Source: Myxococcota bacterium (GTDB lineage: Bacteria; Myxococcota_A; UBA9160; SZUA-336). Taken from it: a stretch of DNA of 64,000 nucleotides. The position numbers were made by a program, and so were the translations under genes. Below are positions 17,748 to 26,850 of this stretch, one piece after another; positions within the stretch are counted from its first letter, which is position 1, and each line of letters opens with the position of its first letter. The notes under the pieces are model-generated. The model was not told the DNA's origin and made no database searches. It saw only the letters and a program-made list of their open reading frames with translations. The DNA lies in NCBI GenBank assembly GCA_965247115.1, contig CBDFGR010000002.1, positions 32,001-96,000 on the forward strand, in the 5' to 3' direction.

Positions 17748-19727
17748 CTACTCCCCTTGCTCTGCGAGTACGACTAGCATCTGGCCATTGTCAACTTGAT
17801 CGCCCACGGCAACGTTGACTTGTGTGACCGTCCCGTCGACTGGGGCTGTAATTCGATGCTCCATCTTCATGGCTTCGAGGATCACGAGCAGCTGACCGGC
17901 GACGACAGAATCTCCAACAGCGACCTCTGTAACCAGAATCTTGCCCGGCATCGGGGCCAACAGTCCGCCTGTGAATTCAGCGGCTCCAGCCCCCGGGAAC
18001 CGCGGTAGCTCGGTAAGCTCGGTGTCACCGCTGGGTCCGTGCACGAACCAGCGGTCGCCGTCGCCTGTCACGGACATACCGATCCGTCGCTCATCTACTG
18101 CGAGATCGATGTTTTCACCGTCCACACCGAAGAGCGTCACCGTGCAGTTGCACTCGCCGACTCTGACCTTGAAGGTGCCATCGCGCTGGGCCCGGTACTC
18201 CACTGACATTTCCGCATGCCCGTCTGAGAATATGACGCGTTCCGGCGGCATCCGCGAGTTTCGCCAGCCTCCAGGGACGTCCGACAACACTTTCGCGCTG
18301 GCACGGCGCTCGTGTTGCGCATACATCACCACGGCGATAGTGGCATCGATCTGCTCGGCGGACGTGGAGGCTCGCACCCTTGCCGGGGCCACGCGCTCGA
18401 TGAAATCGGTCGTGGTATCGCCCGCAATGAACTCCGGTGTGCGGAGCGTTGCAACCAGGAAGTCCCGGTTGTGAGTGATGCCCTGAATGCGGGTTCTCTC
18501 CAGCGCGCGCGCGAGCTTGGCTACCGCTTCGCGGCGCGATGGGGCGTGGGCAATAACCTTGGCGATCAGCGGATCGAATTCCGCACTGACCTCACTCCCA
18601 GACTCGATGCCCGAATCGAAGCGAGCGTCTCCCGACGGTTCCCATGCCAAGACGACGCCCGGTGCCGGAAGAAAGTCATTGGCCGGATCCTCGGCGTAGA
18701 CGCGAGCCTCGATGGCGTGGCCTGCAATCGCGAGGTCGTCTTGACCGTAGCCGAGTTCCTCACCCTCAGCGAGGCGTATCTGCTCGCGAACGAGATCGAG
18801 CCCTGTGATCGCTTCGGTGACCGGATGCTCAACTTGCAGGCGCGTATTCACCTCGAGAAACCAGAAGTCCTTTCCATCGAGCAAGAATTCGACCGTACCA
18901 GCCGAAGAATAGCCGATGGTCTTCGCCGCCCTGAGCGCTGCTTCGCCTATCTGGGCACGAAGCGCCTCATCGACGGCCGGCGACGGTGCCTCCTCGATGA
19001 TCTTCTGGTGACGCCGCTGGATCGAGCATTCGCGCTCGAACAGGTGCACGAGGTTGCCGTAGTTGTCGCCCAGGATCTGTATCTCGACATGGCGCGAAGC
19101 GGTGAGCCATCGCTCCAGAAAGACCGTCTCGTCCCCGAAGTAGGCGGCCGCCTCTCGGCGCGCGCCGTCGACCGCATCGGCGAGTTCGCGCTCCGTTCCG
19201 ACCACTCGCATTCCCCGTCCCCCACCGCCCGCAGATGCTTTGACCAGGACGGGGTAACCGATTTCCTCCGCGGCAGCAGTCGCGTCAGCGCCGGGATTCA
19301 ACGCCTTCGCGGATAGGGTCGGTACGTCGGCTGCGAGCATTAGTGCCTTCGCGGCCAGCTTGTCCCCCATCTGGCTGATTGCGTTGGGCGAAGGGCCCAC
19401 CCACGTGATGCCCCGACTAGTGATGGCTTCGGCGAAGGCTGTGTTCTCGGCCAAGAACCCGTAACCTGGATGCACGGCGTTGGCGCCCGATGTCTCGCAG
19501 GCCGATAGGACCTTGTCCAGGTCAAGATAGGTCTCGACTGACGACCGGCCGTTGAGGGCGATGGCCATGTCGGCGTCGCGGACATAGGGCGCGTTGGTAT
19601 CCCCTTCGGCATAGATGGCGATCGTGCTGATCCCCATGTCCTGGGCTGTGCGGAAGATCCGGCGTGCAATCTCGCCACGATTGGCAACCAGGAGCTTGGT
19701 GATGGGCTTGACGCTCACATCCGCCAC
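17748..19727 (-). CDS. Acyl-CoA carboxylase biotin carboxylase/biotin carrier subunit (AtuF/LiuD-like)
   Basis: LLVANRGEIARR, HPGYGFLAEN, GGGGRGMR, ERECSIQRRHQK, NTRLQVEHPVTE, EAMKM. Confidence 0.95.
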   Translation of the reverse strand: MADVSVKPITKLLVANRGEIARRIFRTAQDMGISTIAIYAEGDTNAPYVRDADMAIALNGRSSVETYLDLDKVLSACETSGANAVHPGYGFLAENTAFAEAITSRGITWVGPSPNAISQMGDKLAAKALMLAADVPTLSAKALNPGADATAAAEEIGYPVLVKASAGGGGRGMRVVGTERELADAVDGARREAAAYFGDETVFLERWLTASRHVEIQILGDNYGNLVHLFERECSIQRRHQKIIEEAPSPAVDEALRAQIGEAALRAAKTIGYSSAGTVEFLLDGKDFWFLEVNTRLQVEHPVTEAITGLDLVREQIRLAEGEELGYGQDDLAIAGHAIEARVYAEDPANDFLPAPGVVLAWEPSGDARFDSGIESGSEVSAEFDPLIAKVIAHAPSRREAVAKLARALERTRIQGITHNRDFLVATLRTPEFIAGDTTTDFIERVAPARVRASTSAEQIDATIAVVMYAQHERRASAKVLSDVPGGWRNSRMPPERVIFSDGHAEMSVEYRAQRDGTFKVRVGECNCTVTLFGVDGENIDLAVDERRIGMSVTGDGDRWFVHGPSGDTELTELPRFPGAGAAEFTGGLLAPMPGKILVTEVAVGDSVVAGQLLVILEAMKMEHRITAPVDGTVTQVNVAVGDQVDNGQMLVVLAEQGE

Positions 19728-21367
19728 GTGCCGAACTCCTTCGTCCCGGCCACTTTCTTGTTATGGCAGGCCGAGAGCGCGAAGGCGATGACGGTCCGGC
19801 TGTCTCGCGGGTCGATCATACCGTCGTCGGAGACGCGTGACGTTGCGAAGAGTCCCTTGGACTGCTCTTCCGCAAAGAGTATCGCGCCTTCTGCGCGTCT
19901 GGCGTCTGCTTCCTCGTCGAACTCGATCCCGCGGCGCTCGGCCGCGGCTCGTCCTACTATGGTCATGACGCCGGCCATCTGTCTTGGCCCCATCACGGCA
20001 ATCTTGGCCGTGGGCCAGATGAACGTGAAGCGCGTACCGTAGGCACGGCCGCTCATGCCGTAGTTACCGGCGCCATAGGATGCGCCGACGATCATCGTGA
20101 TATGGGGCACGGTGGAGTTCGTAACGGCGTTGATCATCTTTGAGCCGTCCTTCGTGATCCCGCCCTGCTCGAAGTCTGTGCCGACGATATACCCCGTGAT
20201 GTTGTGGAGGAACAGGAGCGGGACGTCTATTTGATTACACAGCTGGATGAACTGCGACGCTTTCTCCGATGACTCGGACATCAGAGCACCGTTGTTGGCG
20301 AGGACGCCCATCGGATAACCCTGGACGGAGGCCCAACCGGTGACCAGCGTGGGACCATAGCGGGGCTTGAACTCCTCGAATCGCGAACCATCAACGATGC
20401 GCGCTATGACCTCGCGGATGTCGAACGGCTTGGTCAGATCCTCCGCCACGATTCCCAGCAACTCCTCGGGATCATAAAGCGGTTCGTCGGCCGGCATGCT
20501 CGGCCCAGGCCCCTCCTTTCGCCAGTTGAGATGCGCCACGACCTCGCGACACAGTCGAATCCCGTCAAGCTCGTCCTCGGCGAGATAGTCGCCAAGTCCC
20601 GAGATGGCTGTGTGCATGTCGGCCCCACCAAGGGCCTCCGGATCGGCGTCCTCGCCCGTTGCCATCTTCACGAGAGGTGGCCCGCCGAGTGAAACCATTG
20701 CTTGGTTGCGCACGAAGATGTTGTAGTCGCTCATGCCGGGTTGGTAGGCACCACCCGCGGTCGAGGCGCCGAAGACCACCGATATGGTCGGGATACGCAT
20801 CTTGGACAGCTCAGTGATCTCGTAGAAGAGTCGCCCCGACTCGGCAAAGTGAGTCGTGCCAACGCGGCGCATGGCATCTTCGAAGCTGCCGCCCTCGCCG
20901 CCACCGCCACCACCGCCACCACGTAGGTCGGCGCCCGCCGATTCGACGAACTGCACATAGGGTATGCGGTTCTCTCGACAGATCTCGAGTCCACGGGTGA
21001 GCTTCTTCCCGTTGAACGCGTTGAACGCTCCTGCGCGCACCGATGGGTCGTGACCGAGGATCACGCATTCCACACCTTCGATCACGCCGATGCCAACCAC
21101 GAAACCGGATCCGACATTGACGTTCGAGCGCCAGCCAGCAAGGGGACTGATCTCGAGAAACGGTGAGTCGCGGTCCAGCACCCAGCTGATGCGATCGCGA
21201 ATCGCCATCTTGTTGCGAGCGCGCAGGCGTGCCATCGCCTCCTCGCCGCCGCCTCTGGCGGCTTCCTCGTAGAGCTCGTCGAGGAACGCGAGCTTCTCGA
21301 GCATGTTAGAGCGGTTTTGAGCGTACGTTTTCGATCGGGTGTCGAGGTTCGATTCGAGCACTGCCAT
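19715..21367 (-). CDS. Acyl-CoA carboxylase carboxyltransferase subunit (AtuC/LiuB-like)
   Basis: FLEISPLAG, STAGGAYQPGMSDY, GPPLVKMATGE, LHNITGYIVG, SYGAGNYGMSGRAY, DDGMIDPRDSR. Confidence 0.93.
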   Translation of the reverse strand: MAVLESNLDTRSKTYAQNRSNMLEKLAFLDELYEEAARGGGEEAMARLRARNKMAIRDRISWVLDRDSPFLEISPLAGWRSNVNVGSGFVVGIGVIEGVECVILGHDPSVRAGAFNAFNGKKLTRGLEICRENRIPYVQFVESAGADLRGGGGGGGGEGGSFEDAMRRVGTTHFAESGRLFYEITELSKMRIPTISVVFGASTAGGAYQPGMSDYNIFVRNQAMVSLGGPPLVKMATGEDADPEALGGADMHTAISGLGDYLAEDELDGIRLCREVVAHLNWRKEGPGPSMPADEPLYDPEELLGIVAEDLTKPFDIREVIARIVDGSRFEEFKPRYGPTLVTGWASVQGYPMGVLANNGALMSESSEKASQFIQLCNQIDVPLLFLHNITGYIVGTDFEQGGITKDGSKMINAVTNSTVPHITMIVGASYGAGNYGMSGRAYGTRFTFIWPTAKIAVMGPRQMAGVMTIVGRAAAERRGIEFDEEADARRAEGAILFAEEQSKGLFATSRVSDDGMIDPRDSRTVIAFALSACHNKKVAGTKEFGTWRM

Positions 21368-21383
21368 GACGTGATCCCTCTAG

Positions 21384-21995
21384 CTACATTTCAAAGGCGC
21401 GCTGATACCCGTCTCGCTTCGTGATGCGGTCCCAGTACTTCCTGACGTTGGGCGTGAAGGCCTCGTTGATGTCCAGGGATTGCGCGAGCACCAGGGAGTA
21501 CACGATGCAAATGTCGGCGATCGTGAAACGCCCAGAGCAAAGATACTCGCGGTCGGCCATTGCATCTTCCACCGAGCGTAGCCTTCCCAGGAACCACTTC
21601 TTGTAGTCGCTAGCGACCTGGGGGTTGCGTTTGTGCTCGGGCTCGAGGCGCGTATAGCGCAGAACCAGAGTCTGGGGAAATGTCAGGGTGGCGTCGCTTC
21701 GATGCAGCCAATTCAGATAGGCGCCGTAGTCCGCTTCGTTCTTTTGCACCGCGAGGTCAGTGGGCCCATAGGTGTCCACCAGGTACTGACAGATTCCCGC
21801 CGACTCGGTCATGATGACATCGTCATCTGCCATGCAAGGCACCGTGCCGAGCGGATTGATCTTCAAGTATTCCTTGTGCAGGTAGCGCGGTGGAAATGGC
21901 ATGGTGATCAGCTCGTAGTCGAGCCCCATTTCCTCGAGCGTCCACAGCGGGCGCATGGAGCGCGCGCGAACACAGTGGTAGAGCTTGATTGTCAT
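21384..21995 (-). CDS. Glutathione S-transferase family protein
   Basis: ARSMRPLWTLEEMG, INPLGTVP, ESAGICQYL, RFTIADI. Confidence 0.92.
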   Translation of the reverse strand: MTIKLYHCVRARSMRPLWTLEEMGLDYELITMPFPPRYLHKEYLKINPLGTVPCMADDDVIMTESAGICQYLVDTYGPTDLAVQKNEADYGAYLNWLHRSDATLTFPQTLVLRYTRLEPEHKRNPQVASDYKKWFLGRLRSVEDAMADREYLCSGRFTIADICIVYSLVLAQSLDINEAFTPNVRKYWDRITKRDGYQRAFEM

Positions 21996-22074
21996 CGTCT
22001 CCCCCTAGGACTTGGGCCCAGCCGCACTCATCATTCTATATCAGGAGTGCCGTGCGCGGTCGGACCTCGGATTG

Positions 22075-23172
22075 CTAGGCGGAGCTAGGGCGCGTCAGAG
22101 CGTCGCCTTCACGCCACGGCGAAATCTGTCCTTCGTAGACAGACGGACCCATGCGGAAGTGCGCCGCTTGGTCGAGCGTTTCGACAAACGGCATGTCTAT
22201 CGGATAGACGCTCTCGACACTCGGGAGAGCGCCCGCCTTCGAAACGTGGCCCCAAAGCGGGTGTCCCATCACTTCCTCCGCGATGCAGGCCGCCTCGATG
22301 ACCTTGTCGAGGTTGTAGCCCGTCTCGATGCCCATCTGATGGCAGAGATGAACGAAATCCTCCGTCGGCACGTGCCCCGCGGCGCGACCATTACCACAGT
22401 AGGGGCAGCCTCCCATGCCGCCAAGAGACGTATCGAACTCCGTGGTACCCAGCATCAGGGCTTCGTAGAAACTCGCCATGGTTACACCACGGGTGTTGTG
22501 CAAGTGCATGTGGAAGGTCGTGATCTCCGGATACTTCTCCTGAATGGCCATCAGGGTTTCTCGGACTGTATGCGGCATGTTCCAGCCCATCGCGTCCAGG
22601 AACGACAAGCGCTTTACCTCGATTCCAGCGCTGTGCCATTTGCCCATCATGAGATCCAGGAGCTCCATCCGTTGCTCCAGGCTGAACGGCCCTTCGAAGT
22701 TGGAGCCGAACGGATTGCCGAGCGCCACCGATCCGGACTCGGCGCTGGCATCGCGCGCGGCTCGGATGGTGACTTCCATCGCAGCGATCTGCTCCGCTTG
22801 CGTGCGATTGTAATTTCGGCGTGCGAACGAGTCGCAGAACTCGACGTGTGTGCCAAAACCGCCCCGTTGCACGTCGATCTTCGGATAGTACGCGTTCGCG
22901 CGATCGAATCCGCGCTTGTTGAACACGGCGGCCGTGTACCTTATCCCCGGTTTGGGCACGAACTGCTCGGCGATCTCATCGATGCACGCCATCGACGGGG
23001 TCCACTTGGGATGAGCGAACGAGCCGATCGAGATGACCTTGGCGCCCATCTCGCCGATGGCATCGAGAAGGCGAAGCTTTTCCGAGACCGGAATATCCGG
23101 GCTCTCGATCTGTAGGCCTTCTCGCATCGTGTCATCGGTGATGGTGACGACCTTGGGCAATGCGCTGCTCAT
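22075..23172 (-). CDS. HMG-CoA lyase/citramalyl-CoA lyase-like DRE-TIM protein
   Basis: DDTMREGLQIE, GSFAHPKWTPSMA, HMHLHNTRG, SLGGMGGCPYC, VPTEDFV. Confidence 0.85.
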   Translation of the reverse strand: MSSALPKVVTITDDTMREGLQIESPDIPVSEKLRLLDAIGEMGAKVISIGSFAHPKWTPSMACIDEIAEQFVPKPGIRYTAAVFNKRGFDRANAYYPKIDVQRGGFGTHVEFCDSFARRNYNRTQAEQIAAMEVTIRAARDASAESGSVALGNPFGSNFEGPFSLEQRMELLDLMMGKWHSAGIEVKRLSFLDAMGWNMPHTVRETLMAIQEKYPEITTFHMHLHNTRGVTMASFYEALMLGTTEFDTSLGGMGGCPYCGNGRAAGHVPTEDFVHLCHQMGIETGYNLDKVIEAACIAEEVMGHPLWGHVSKAGALPSVESVYPIDMPFVETLDQAAHFRMGPSVYEGQISPWREGDALTRPSSA

Positions 23173-23258
23173 TGGGCATTCTCCGAGAATCTGAAGGAAC
23201 AAGTTTATCAAGCACAGCGCGCTGCGTCGAGGAAAGATGAGACAATCGCCGCCAGCAC

Positions 23259-24692
23259 ATGGCGGATCGCAAGATCGCATTCAGCAGCAAGCTTAGCTTC
23301 GGCATCGGACAGGTCGCCGAGGGGCTCCAGAACGCCGCGTTCGGGATCCTCGTACTCTTCTACTACAACCAAGTCCTGGAGGTGCCCGGGACGCTGTGCG
23401 GCCTTGCCCTGGGGATCGCGCTGATCTTCGAAGCCGTCACCGACCCCCTGGCTGGGTCCCTCTCGGACAACTGGAAGTCGCGGCTGGGCCGGCGGCATCC
23501 ATTCATGTACGCGTCGGCGATTCCGCTGGCGCTGGCATTCTTTGGACTGTTTAGCCCGCCTGAGCTCGGCTCGGTCGGGCTGTTCCTGTGGCTGCTCGTG
23601 TTCGCGATCCTCACTCGAGCGGCGATGACGCTCTACCACGTGCCGCACATGGCGCTGGGCGCGGAGCTCACGGAGAACTTCGAAGAGCGGACCGTGATCG
23701 TGGCCTACCGCCAGGCCTTCGGAACCTTCGGGGGCATGCTCGCGGTGGCGCTCGCGTTCGGCTGGTTCTTTGCGGACGCGCGAGGTGGCCGGCTGAACGT
23801 CGCGGCGTACTCGCCGTACGCGATAGTGCTGGGCGTGCTCATGGTTCTCACGATTTGGATCTCCGCGTACGGGACGCAGAAGGAGATCCCCCACCTGCCC
23901 GTTCCGGGCGAGCGTTGGCGCGAGCGCGGTGTGCTGGGCCGGCTGGTGCACGAGATCCGCGACGCCTTTCAGAACGCCTCGTTCCGCTGGCTGTTTGCAG
24001 GCGTGCTGATCCTCTCTCTGATGGTGGGCGTCGACGGAGCGCTCAACCTCTACCTGTATCAGTACTTCTGGGAGCTCGATGGCCAGCAGATCCTGCTGCT
24101 GACAATCACGACTCCCGTGGGCCTGATACTCGGGACCTTCTTCGCGAAGTCGCTGCACGGCCTGTTCGACAAGAAGCCAGGCCTGGTAATCGGTGTCACG
24201 GGCTGGGCGATCTGCCAGATCGTACCGGTGGTGCTGCGGCTCATCGAATGGTTCCCGGAGAACGGCACCGCGCTACTCATGTGGCACCTGCTCGGCTACA
24301 AATTCTTCCAGGGCGTGATCGTGGCGCAGGCGCTCGTGAGCTTCGGTTCGATGATGGCCGACGTCGCGGATGAGCACGAGCTCCAGTCGGGCCAGCGTCG
24401 AGAGGGCATCTTCTTCGGAGCGGTCGCGTTCTCCGGCAAGAGCGCCTCCGGGCTCGGCAACATCGTCGCGGGCCTGGGCCTGGACGTGATCTCCTGGCCG
24501 CGCGGCACGCATATCCAGACGGCAGCGGACGTAGCGCCGCAGACCCTCGTCCAGCTGGGGCTTCTCTACGGGCCGATCGTCGCCGGATTCGCGATCGTCT
24601 CGATCTGGTGTTTCGCGCACTACACGCTGAACCGCGCTCGCCACAGCGAGATCCTTGGCAAGCTGCAGCAAGTGAGGCAAGCACGGGGCTGA
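23259..24692 (+). CDS. MFS transporter, glycoside-pentoside-hexuronide (MelB-like) family
   Basis: AVTDPLAGSLSDNWKSRLGRRHPF, VPHMALGAELT, SMMADVADEHELQSGQRREGIFFG; many TM helices. Confidence 0.9.
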   Translation: MADRKIAFSSKLSFGIGQVAEGLQNAAFGILVLFYYNQVLEVPGTLCGLALGIALIFEAVTDPLAGSLSDNWKSRLGRRHPFMYASAIPLALAFFGLFSPPELGSVGLFLWLLVFAILTRAAMTLYHVPHMALGAELTENFEERTVIVAYRQAFGTFGGMLAVALAFGWFFADARGGRLNVAAYSPYAIVLGVLMVLTIWISAYGTQKEIPHLPVPGERWRERGVLGRLVHEIRDAFQNASFRWLFAGVLILSLMVGVDGALNLYLYQYFWELDGQQILLLTITTPVGLILGTFFAKSLHGLFDKKPGLVIGVTGWAICQIVPVVLRLIEWFPENGTALLMWHLLGYKFFQGVIVAQALVSFGSMMADVADEHELQSGQRREGIFFGAVAFSGKSASGLGNIVAGLGLDVISWPRGTHIQTAADVAPQTLVQLGLLYGPIVAGFAIVSIWCFAHYTLNRARHSEILGKLQQVRQARG

Positions 24693-24720
24693 CCTCGGAC
24701 TGGGCGCAGGAGACAATGAC

Positions 24721-25905
24721 CTAGGCGATGGTTCCACTCGCGCGCAGGCGGGCGATCTGGGCTTCCGACCTGCCGAGCTCCTGCAGCACCTGGTTGGTAT
24801 GCTCCCCCAGTGCGGGGGCCGCCGTGCGGATCGCGGTGGGCGTCCCCCCGAAGCGTGCCGCGGGACGCGGCTGACGCACGCGCCCCAGGGATTCGAACTC
24901 CTGCTCCACGATCAGCTCGTTGGCGATCACCTGCGGATCGTTCGCTACCTCGCCTCGGGGTCGCATCGGGGCGCACGGAACGCCTGCCGCGTCCAGACGA
25001 CGACACACCTCGGCGACGCCCATTCCCTGAAACATCCCCTGCAGCTCCCGCTGCAGGGACTCGAAGTTGCGACCGCGACGGTTGGGTGAGCGGAAGCGCT
25101 CGTCCTTGATCAGCTCGGGCCGTTCCATCTCCGCGCACAGGGCGTGCCACTCGACATTCGAACTGGGGTATACCGCCATGAACCCATCCGCGGCCTCGAA
25201 GACAGCGTAGATGTCGGTCATGGTCAGACCCCGTCTGACGTCGTCCCCGATGAAGGTCTCGTTGACCATCCCGTCGGGCCACAGGAACGCGACGGCCGCG
25301 TCCAGCATGGCGAGCCGCACATGCTGTCCCCCCTTGCCCGTGGCTCGCGCGAGCAGGGCCGCCGTGATCATCTGCGCGGCCGTGAGCGACGTGACCTTGT
25401 CGCACACAATGTTGCGGACGTAGTCGGGCCGGCCGACCGCGGGATTCGTTTGCGTCTCGACCATGCCGGAGATCATCTGGATGACCGGGTCGTAGACGCG
25501 CTTTCCCGCGTACGGGCCGCGGTCGCCGAAGCCCGAGATCGAGACGTACACGATGTCGTCCTTGACGCGCCGAACGTCGTCGTAGCCGACGCCGAGTCGC
25601 TCGACGGCACCGGGCCGGAAGTTCTGGACGAACGCGTCCGCGGTTCCTACCAGCTCCAGCAGCAGCTCGACGCCTGCAGGGTTTCTCAGGTCGATCGCGA
25701 TGGAGCGCTTGTTGCGGTTGATCGACGCGAAGACGGTGGACACGGTGCCCCGGCGATAGCCGACGGTCCGCACCATATCGCCGATGCGCGGCGGCTCCAC
25801 CTTGATCACGTCAGCGCCCTGGTCGGCCAGAATCTGGGTGGCGAAAGGGCCGGAGACGATCGCCGTCAGGTCGACAATCCGGATGCCCTCGAGCGGACCT
25901 GTCAT
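24721..25905 (-). CDS. Class III CoA-transferase (CaiB/BaiF family)
   Basis: PLEGIRIVDL, GADVIKVEPP, NRNKRSIAIDL, QNFRPG, YDPVIQ, APALGEHT. Confidence 0.93.
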   Translation of the reverse strand: MTGPLEGIRIVDLTAIVSGPFATQILADQGADVIKVEPPRIGDMVRTVGYRRGTVSTVFASINRNKRSIAIDLRNPAGVELLLELVGTADAFVQNFRPGAVERLGVGYDDVRRVKDDIVYVSISGFGDRGPYAGKRVYDPVIQMISGMVETQTNPAVGRPDYVRNIVCDKVTSLTAAQMITAALLARATGKGGQHVRLAMLDAAVAFLWPDGMVNETFIGDDVRRGLTMTDIYAVFEAADGFMAVYPSSNVEWHALCAEMERPELIKDERFRSPNRRGRNFESLQRELQGMFQGMGVAEVCRRLDAAGVPCAPMRPRGEVANDPQVIANELIVEQEFESLGRVRQPRPAARFGGTPTAIRTAAPALGEHTNQVLQELGRSEAQIARLRASGTIA

Positions 25906-25941
25906 GCCGGCCCTCCCATCCGACGCACGGCCCCGTGCGGG

Positions 25942-26766
25942 CTAGGCCTGGATCCCCCAGTTGATCCCGTTGCGGAGGAGGGTCTGGAAGCCCTCGGTAT
26001 CCCAGGAGCCGCGGAACGTGCCCGGACTCTTCTCGTCGGGGGAGACGCTGGCGTCCACGAAGGGCTGGCCGCCCGTGGACGGCGAGTGGCAGTGACCCAG
26101 GGCGAAGTACGTCACGCCCCCCTGGCCGACGTCCTTGGTGTAGCCCAGGACCCGCGTCTTCCCGTCTGGGAGCAGCGCGGCGGTGTGGTCGTACTCCACC
26201 CACGAGAACGTCGACGGGGTCGGGTCCTTAGGAAGCTCGGTAGTGAGCAGGAAGTGATGCTTCGACTCGGGGTCGAGCTCCAGGAAGTAGAGCTCATCCA
26301 TGACCTCGAAGGACTCGGGGAGGCCGCGGGTGAGCGGGTGCGAGCGATCCGCGACGTCGACGCGGAACTTGCACAGCGGCGGGTGGTGGATGAAGAGGGC
26401 GCCAAGGGTCTCGTGGTGGCTCCCCTTCTCCATCTTCCGGCCCCCACCGGGGAGTCGCGCAGCCTTTCCGCCGGAGCTGCCGTGCAGGGCGAGCCAGCGA
26501 CCGCCACCCTCGAGCCAGCTCCGGACGAACTCGTTCTGCGCGTCGTTCAGGTAGGGTCCGGCCACGTAGGTGACGAGGAACTGTCGATCGGTCAGCCACT
26601 GCTCGATCGCGCTGAAGTCGTTCGCGACGGTTGCGTGGACCTCTTGCCTCTCCTGCAGGAGCTGGAGCAGACGCAGGCGCGCGTAGTCCATGTCGTGTCC
26701 GGCGGTCTGGCCCGCCGGGAAACCCCCGGTGACCACGTGGACTCGGACGGGTTCGGAATGGCTCAT
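25942..26766 (-). CDS. ThuA-like (class I glutamine amidotransferase fold) protein
   Basis: GGGRWLALHG, LGALFIHHPP, HPLTRGLPESFEVMDELY, GGVTYFALGH, LLRNGINW. Confidence 0.8.
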   Translation of the reverse strand: MSHSEPVRVHVVTGGFPAGQTAGHDMDYARLRLLQLLQERQEVHATVANDFSAIEQWLTDRQFLVTYVAGPYLNDAQNEFVRSWLEGGGRWLALHGSSGGKAARLPGGGRKMEKGSHHETLGALFIHHPPLCKFRVDVADRSHPLTRGLPESFEVMDELYFLELDPESKHHFLLTTELPKDPTPSTFSWVEYDHTAALLPDGKTRVLGYTKDVGQGGVTYFALGHCHSPSTGGQPFVDASVSPDEKSPGTFRGSWDTEGFQTLLRNGINWGIQA

Positions 26767-26850
26767 CGGACGCTCCTTCTCGCAGGTCGACGTGCGAGCA
26801 TCCCACGATCGCGCCTCGTCGTCTAGGGAAGGCGACAGGCGCCGCGGGAC

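Noticed and set aside
20887..20922. GCC/ACC-rich tract as a contingency repeat
   Set aside because: It is an imperfect, in-frame poly-Gly loop with mixed codons and cannot cause phase variation
25144..26826. 560-aa + strand ORF
   Set aside because: Antisense shadow of the CoA-transferase and ThuA-like genes
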